From Pseudomonadota bacterium (lineage in GTDB: Bacteria; Campylobacterota; Campylobacteria; Campylobacterales; Sulfurimonadaceae): 64,000 nucleotides of DNA. Positions 59,755-64,000 of this stretch are shown here, piece after piece. The stretch's first letter is position 1; each line of letters starts with the position of its first letter. The position numbers and the translations under genes were made by a program. Under the pieces are notes generated by a model. The model did no database searches. It was not told the origin of the DNA and worked only from the letters and a program-made list of their open reading frames with translations. The stretch lies in assembly GCA_043797085.1 (NCBI GenBank), contig JAZDQA010000013.1, forward strand, positions 160,001-224,000, read 5' to 3'.

Positions 59755-60758
59755 TTCCAAATACCCTCTTATCTATCACAATCCCTACCTATAATCGCGC
59801 TGATTTTTTAGACTATTCTCTTGAAATTCATATTCCTTTAGCAAGAGCTTATAATGTGCAGATTTATATTTCTGATAATGCCTCTACCGATTCTACTAAA
59901 GAAGTTGTTGAGAAATGGCAACAAGAATATTCATTAATTCATTATTTTTGTAATGAGCGTAATATTGGTGAAATAAATTTTGAAATTGCTCTAAAACTTC
60001 CGCAGACAGAGTACGTTTGGCTTTTGGGAGACACCTATCAAATCCCATCGAATGGAATTCAATACCTTTTAACTGTTATTTCGAAAGAAGATCAAAATTA
60101 TGACGCATTTATTTTTAATTTAGCTAATAGAATAACAGATATTATTCAACAAGACTATCAAGATCATAATGCATTGCTGCATGATATTGGTGCACTTATG
60201 ACCTGTTTGAGTTGCTTGGTTTATCATAAATCTCTCATTAATAATGGTAGCTTTAGACGATATTATGATACCTATTTTATTCAAACAGGGGTTATTTTAG
60301 AAGATATTGCATATCGTCCCTTTTGTATTCAATGGGTTCAGACTCTATCTGTGCAAAGTCTTATTCACCCATCTCTTCAAAAAATAAATTGGAGTCTTAC
60401 TTCCAAAGCATTTGAGATAGGTTGCGAAAAATGGACAAATTTTATATTTTCTCTGCCACCGACTTATAGTATTGAAAATAAGATGAAATGTATTATGGAT
60501 TTTGGAGAAGTTTCTACTTTATTTACGATAAAGAGTCTAATTCTTCTCCGATTACACGAAATATTAACCTATACAACATTTAAAAAGTACAGATACCTAT
60601 TTAAGTTAACCATAGATATTCCCATAGTGTTTATTTTTATACTCTCAATAACACCTAAACTCTTTTTACAAATTGCAGGAATTATGATAATTACTTTTTT
60701 TGGGAATAACAAGAGAAAAAAAATTAAATTGCTAATAGCAAAAGGGGCTAATTCATGA
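59751..60758 (+). CDS. Glycosyltransferase family 2
   Basis: LSITIPTYNR, ISDNASTD, EYVWLLGD. Confidence 0.85.
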   Translation: MIPNTLLSITIPTYNRADFLDYSLEIHIPLARAYNVQIYISDNASTDSTKEVVEKWQQEYSLIHYFCNERNIGEINFEIALKLPQTEYVWLLGDTYQIPSNGIQYLLTVISKEDQNYDAFIFNLANRITDIIQQDYQDHNALLHDIGALMTCLSCLVYHKSLINNGSFRRYYDTYFIQTGVILEDIAYRPFCIQWVQTLSVQSLIHPSLQKINWSLTSKAFEIGCEKWTNFIFSLPPTYSIENKMKCIMDFGEVSTLFTIKSLILLRLHEILTYTTFKKYRYLFKLTIDIPIVFIFILSITPKLFLQIAGIMIITFFGNNKRKKIKLLIAKGANS

Positions 60759-61387
60759 AAAAAAATATTCGATATATTTTAAATATATCAGTGCTTTTTC
60801 TTTCATGGCTCTATCCGTATCGAGTACTTCAATATGCTAAAACACTCTTCTTTTACAAAATATACACATTTGCCATACAGAGACAATTTAAAAGTGCAGG
60901 AATCAATTTATCTGTCAATCCTTATCTTATTCTCCATGGTGCAGAGCACATCGTCATTGGAAATAATGTATCTATTCAAAGCCGTTGCTGGATTGGAGCG
61001 CACGATGAATATTTTGGTTATCGATATTCCCCCATACTTATAATTGGAAATAATGTGACTATAAATTTCAATTGTCATATAGCATGCATAAATTCTATTA
61101 CAATTGGCAATGACACGCTTATATCAAGTAATGTTTTAATCAGCGATCATACTCATGGGGAAACAAACTGCAATGCTTTTCATGGAATTCGTCGCACGCA
61201 ACCGCTCGTGTCTAAGGGAGCAATTGTGATTGGAAATAATGTTTGGATTGGTGAAAAAGCCTCTATTCTACCTGGAGTCTGTATTGGCGATAATACTATC
61301 ATCGGAGCTAACGCTGTTGTCACAAAAAATATACCGGCAAACTGTATTGCAGCTGGGAATCCAGCTAAAATCATTAGAACATTATAA
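60755..61387 (+). CDS. Hexapeptide-repeat O-acetyltransferase
   Basis: IGNNV repeats, DHTHG, IGNNVWIG, IGANAVVTK, GNPAK. Confidence 0.92.
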   Translation: MKKNIRYILNISVLFLSWLYPYRVLQYAKTLFFYKIYTFAIQRQFKSAGINLSVNPYLILHGAEHIVIGNNVSIQSRCWIGAHDEYFGYRYSPILIIGNNVTINFNCHIACINSITIGNDTLISSNVLISDHTHGETNCNAFHGIRRTQPLVSKGAIVIGNNVWIGEKASILPGVCIGDNTIIGANAVVTKNIPANCIAAGNPAKIIRTL

Positions 61388-62232
61388 TGAAAATTGCTGG
61401 AATTATTGTTCTGTACAATCCCGACCAAACAGTGGGCAAGAATATCGAATCCTATATCGATGATCTTGATATACTGTATGCAATTGATAATTCAGACCAA
61501 AAACAATCCAATATTATTGATACTCTTTTTAATAACCCAAAAATACATTACATAAACAACAATGGGAATCAAGGAATCGCCCATGCCCTTAATATCGGTG
61601 CGAATAAAGCTATCGAAATGGGCTACGGATGGCTCTTAACAATGGATCAAGACAGTAGTTTTAATTCCGTTGTCTTTAAAAAATATTTAGAGTGTATTCA
61701 GAAAATTTCTCAATCTAACCAAATTGCTATTTTTTCTCCAAACTATCTACATTGCAATAATATTGAAACTTCTTGTTCATTTACTGAAAAACTCACTACT
61801 ATTACTTCTGGAAGCCTCCTAAATCTTCATTTATACCCTACAATTGGTAGATTCGATGAAACACTATTTATTGATGAAGTTGATCATGAATACTGTTTAA
61901 GGGCAAATCTTCATAATTATAAAGTTGTCCAATTTGACACAATTTTTTTAAACCATCAAATAGGTAGTCAAATAAAAATAAACTTGCTTGGAAAAGCTAA
62001 ATTTAAAAATATACATTCACCGCTTCGACATTACTACATAACAAGAAATAGTTTATATATACTGCTCAAATATCACAATAAATTCCCAGAATATACTCGT
62101 CATCATATTTGGAAAGTTTCTAAAACACTCATATTTGCCCTCATCTATGGAGAGAATAAACTGATAAGATTCAAATATATTTTAGAAGCAATTAAAGATT
62201 TTTTATCCGGTAAAATGGGTAAATATGAATAA
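61387..62232 (+). CDS. GT2 rhamnosyltransferase-like protein
   Basis: VLYNP, IDNS, N.GIAHALN, TMDQDS, ITSGS, FIDEVDHEYC, RHYYITRN. Confidence 0.85.
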   Translation: MKIAGIIVLYNPDQTVGKNIESYIDDLDILYAIDNSDQKQSNIIDTLFNNPKIHYINNNGNQGIAHALNIGANKAIEMGYGWLLTMDQDSSFNSVVFKKYLECIQKISQSNQIAIFSPNYLHCNNIETSCSFTEKLTTITSGSLLNLHLYPTIGRFDETLFIDEVDHEYCLRANLHNYKVVQFDTIFLNHQIGSQIKINLLGKAKFKNIHSPLRHYYITRNSLYILLKYHNKFPEYTRHHIWKVSKTLIFALIYGENKLIRFKYILEAIKDFLSGKMGKYE

Positions 62233-62950
62233 TAATCTTTTATCAATAGCAATGACCACATATAACGGTGAAAATTTTTTACGTCAGCAAATGGATTCAA
62301 TTATATTGCAAACCTATCCCCATTTTGAAGTAATCATCTGTGATGACCAATCAACCGACTCAACCTATAAAATTCTTCAAGAATATGCGGCACGGGATGC
62401 TAGAATCAAACCTTTTATAAATGATATAAACCTTGGAGTAATCAAAAATTTTGAAAAAGCTCTGTCATTATGTTCTGGTAAATATATTGCATTAGCTGAC
62501 CAAGATGACATTTGGATGCCCGATAAAATTGCAATAATACTATCGTATTTAGAAAATGCCGATATTGTCATTCACGATTGTCAGATTATTGATGAAAACA
62601 GTACACTTCTTTTTAATTCTTTTTTTGAGCAGAATAGGGCTAAGTCAGGTTTGATGAATAATTTATTAAAAAATAGCTATGTTGGTTGTTCTATGGCGTT
62701 CAATCGAAAAATTATTGATAAAGCATTACCTTTTCCCTCTGATATTCCAATGCACGATTGGTGGATAGGTCTCATAGGTGAAATCTATGGCAATACTGTT
62801 TTTTGTACAGAAAAATTAATCGCATATCGTCGGCATGAGAACAACGCCTCTGCTTCTACTGGTATCAGCCAATATAGCTTACTTAAAAAAATACACTTTC
62901 GTATTATTATGCTCAGAAATCTTTTAAAAAGATACTTTTTACATGTATAG
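62225..62950 (+). CDS. Glycosyltransferase family 2
   Basis: TYNGE.FL..Q..SI, DD.STD, ADQDDIW, GCSMAF, HDWW, YRRH. Confidence 0.9.
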   Translation: MNNNLLSIAMTTYNGENFLRQQMDSIILQTYPHFEVIICDDQSTDSTYKILQEYAARDARIKPFINDINLGVIKNFEKALSLCSGKYIALADQDDIWMPDKIAIILSYLENADIVIHDCQIIDENSTLLFNSFFEQNRAKSGLMNNLLKNSYVGCSMAFNRKIIDKALPFPSDIPMHDWWIGLIGEIYGNTVFCTEKLIAYRRHENNASASTGISQYSLLKKIHFRIIMLRNLLKRYFLHV

Positions 62951-63770
62951 TCTTTCCGCTTCAATCGTCCTCTACAACAATCCGCTGGCAATGCTCAAAA
63001 AAGTAATAAAAAGTGTTTTAGATACCTCTCTCAATATCACGCTCTATCTCATTGATAACTCACCAATTGATACCTTCAAAACCTTAGCTGCTTTAGACAC
63101 TCGAATCACCTATATCCATAATCCTTCTAATCTAGGATATGGTGCTGCACATAATATTGCTATAGCCAAATCCATAGAGTCCGGCATCAATTACCATCTT
63201 GTTCTCAATCCGGATGTCTATTTTGAGAATGGTGTATTAGAAAAGGTTATGACATATATGGATGCCAATTTGGATGTAGGATTATTAATGCCAAAAGTGC
63301 TCTATCCCAATGGCGATATACAATATATTGCAAAGCTTTTACCAACACCTTGGGATTTATTTGCAAGACGCTTTATTCCAATCAAAAGTTATCTCGAAAA
63401 AATAAATCGTCGATACAGTCTCATTTTTTTTGACTATTCATCTACGGTACAAATTCCTTTTGTATCCGGCTGTTTTATGTTTTTAAGAACCGATACACTT
63501 AAACAGGTTGGTATTTTTGATGAAAACTACTTTATGTATCTTGAAGATGCTGATCTCAGTAGACGAATCGGAACTGTTTCAAAAACCATTCTTTATCCTC
63601 ATGTTCATATCTATCATGAATACGAAAGAGGGGCACATAAGAACTTCCGTCTCTTGTGGATATTTATCTGTTCTACCTTTACCTATTTCAACAAGTATGG
63701 CTGGTTTTTTGACTCGTACAGAAAAAAAATAAATCGACAAGCCCTCGAACAATTAAGCTGGAACGAATAA
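62943..63770 (+). CDS. Glycosyltransferase family 2 (WbbL-like)
   Basis: SIVLYN, IDNS, NLGYGAAHN, LNPD, SGCFM, FDE.YFMYLEDADL. Confidence 0.88.
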   Translation: MYSLSASIVLYNNPLAMLKKVIKSVLDTSLNITLYLIDNSPIDTFKTLAALDTRITYIHNPSNLGYGAAHNIAIAKSIESGINYHLVLNPDVYFENGVLEKVMTYMDANLDVGLLMPKVLYPNGDIQYIAKLLPTPWDLFARRFIPIKSYLEKINRRYSLIFFDYSSTVQIPFVSGCFMFLRTDTLKQVGIFDENYFMYLEDADLSRRIGTVSKTILYPHVHIYHEYERGAHKNFRLLWIFICSTFTYFNKYGWFFDSYRKKINRQALEQLSWNE

Positions 63771-64000
63771 TGAAAATCCTCCTTACAGGTGCGACCGGAT
63801 TTATCGGAAGTTATTTTAGGAATAACAATCAATCCGATGAAATTTTCCCTTTTTCATTTCAGCATGACAACATAAGCATCTCGGATTTTTCGAAATTCGA
63901 TTTGATTCTTCATCTTGCAGCTCTTGTACATCAAATGAAAACAGCTGATCTCGCAGATTATGAAGCAATTAATGTAAAAAAAACCCTTGAGCTTGCGGTA
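63770..64000 (+). CDS. NAD-dependent epimerase/dehydratase; partial, runs off the window
   Basis: Not in ORF track. TAATG overlap, MKILLTGATGFIG...ILHLAALVH...INV. Confidence 0.9.
   Translation, partial: MKILLTGATGFIGSYFRNNNQSDEIFPFSFQHDNISISDFSKFDLILHLAALVHQMKTADLADYEAINVKKTLELAV

Overview
Core chromosomal window from a Campylobacterota (epsilonproteobacterium). Gene content and order (petABC with diheme cytochrome c, porCDAB, ccoNOQP-addBA-rplM-rpsI, purA-fliJ-carA, mqnA, moaDE-moeA) suggest a Sulfuricurvum/Sulfurimonas-like microaerophile; this placement is inference. Most genes are housekeeping. The standout accessory region is 9.3-13.4 kb: luxS sits divergent from a class II aldolase and an LsrG-like ABM protein, which converge on a clear lsrK AI-2 kinase. 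No lsrACDB, lsrR or lsrF is present in the window. This looks like a compact 'make-and-recycle' AI-2/DPD module with a possible non-LsrF cleavage step. Other items not shown in the ORF track: a secreted helical protein ending the pet operon, a 33-aa membrane peptide in the cco operon, a long structured element upstream of mnmG, a candidate sigma28-driven small RNA upstream of the lsrK unit, palindromic operators at ccoN and eptA/ltaS, an AT-rich yhcG-lipoprotein insertion bracketed by small palindromic repeats, tandem stand-alone GAF genes, and the start of an AT-rich surface-glycan locus. No rRNA, tRNA, CRISPR array or intact transposase was recognised. All family calls come from motif recognition by eye; no database searches were run.
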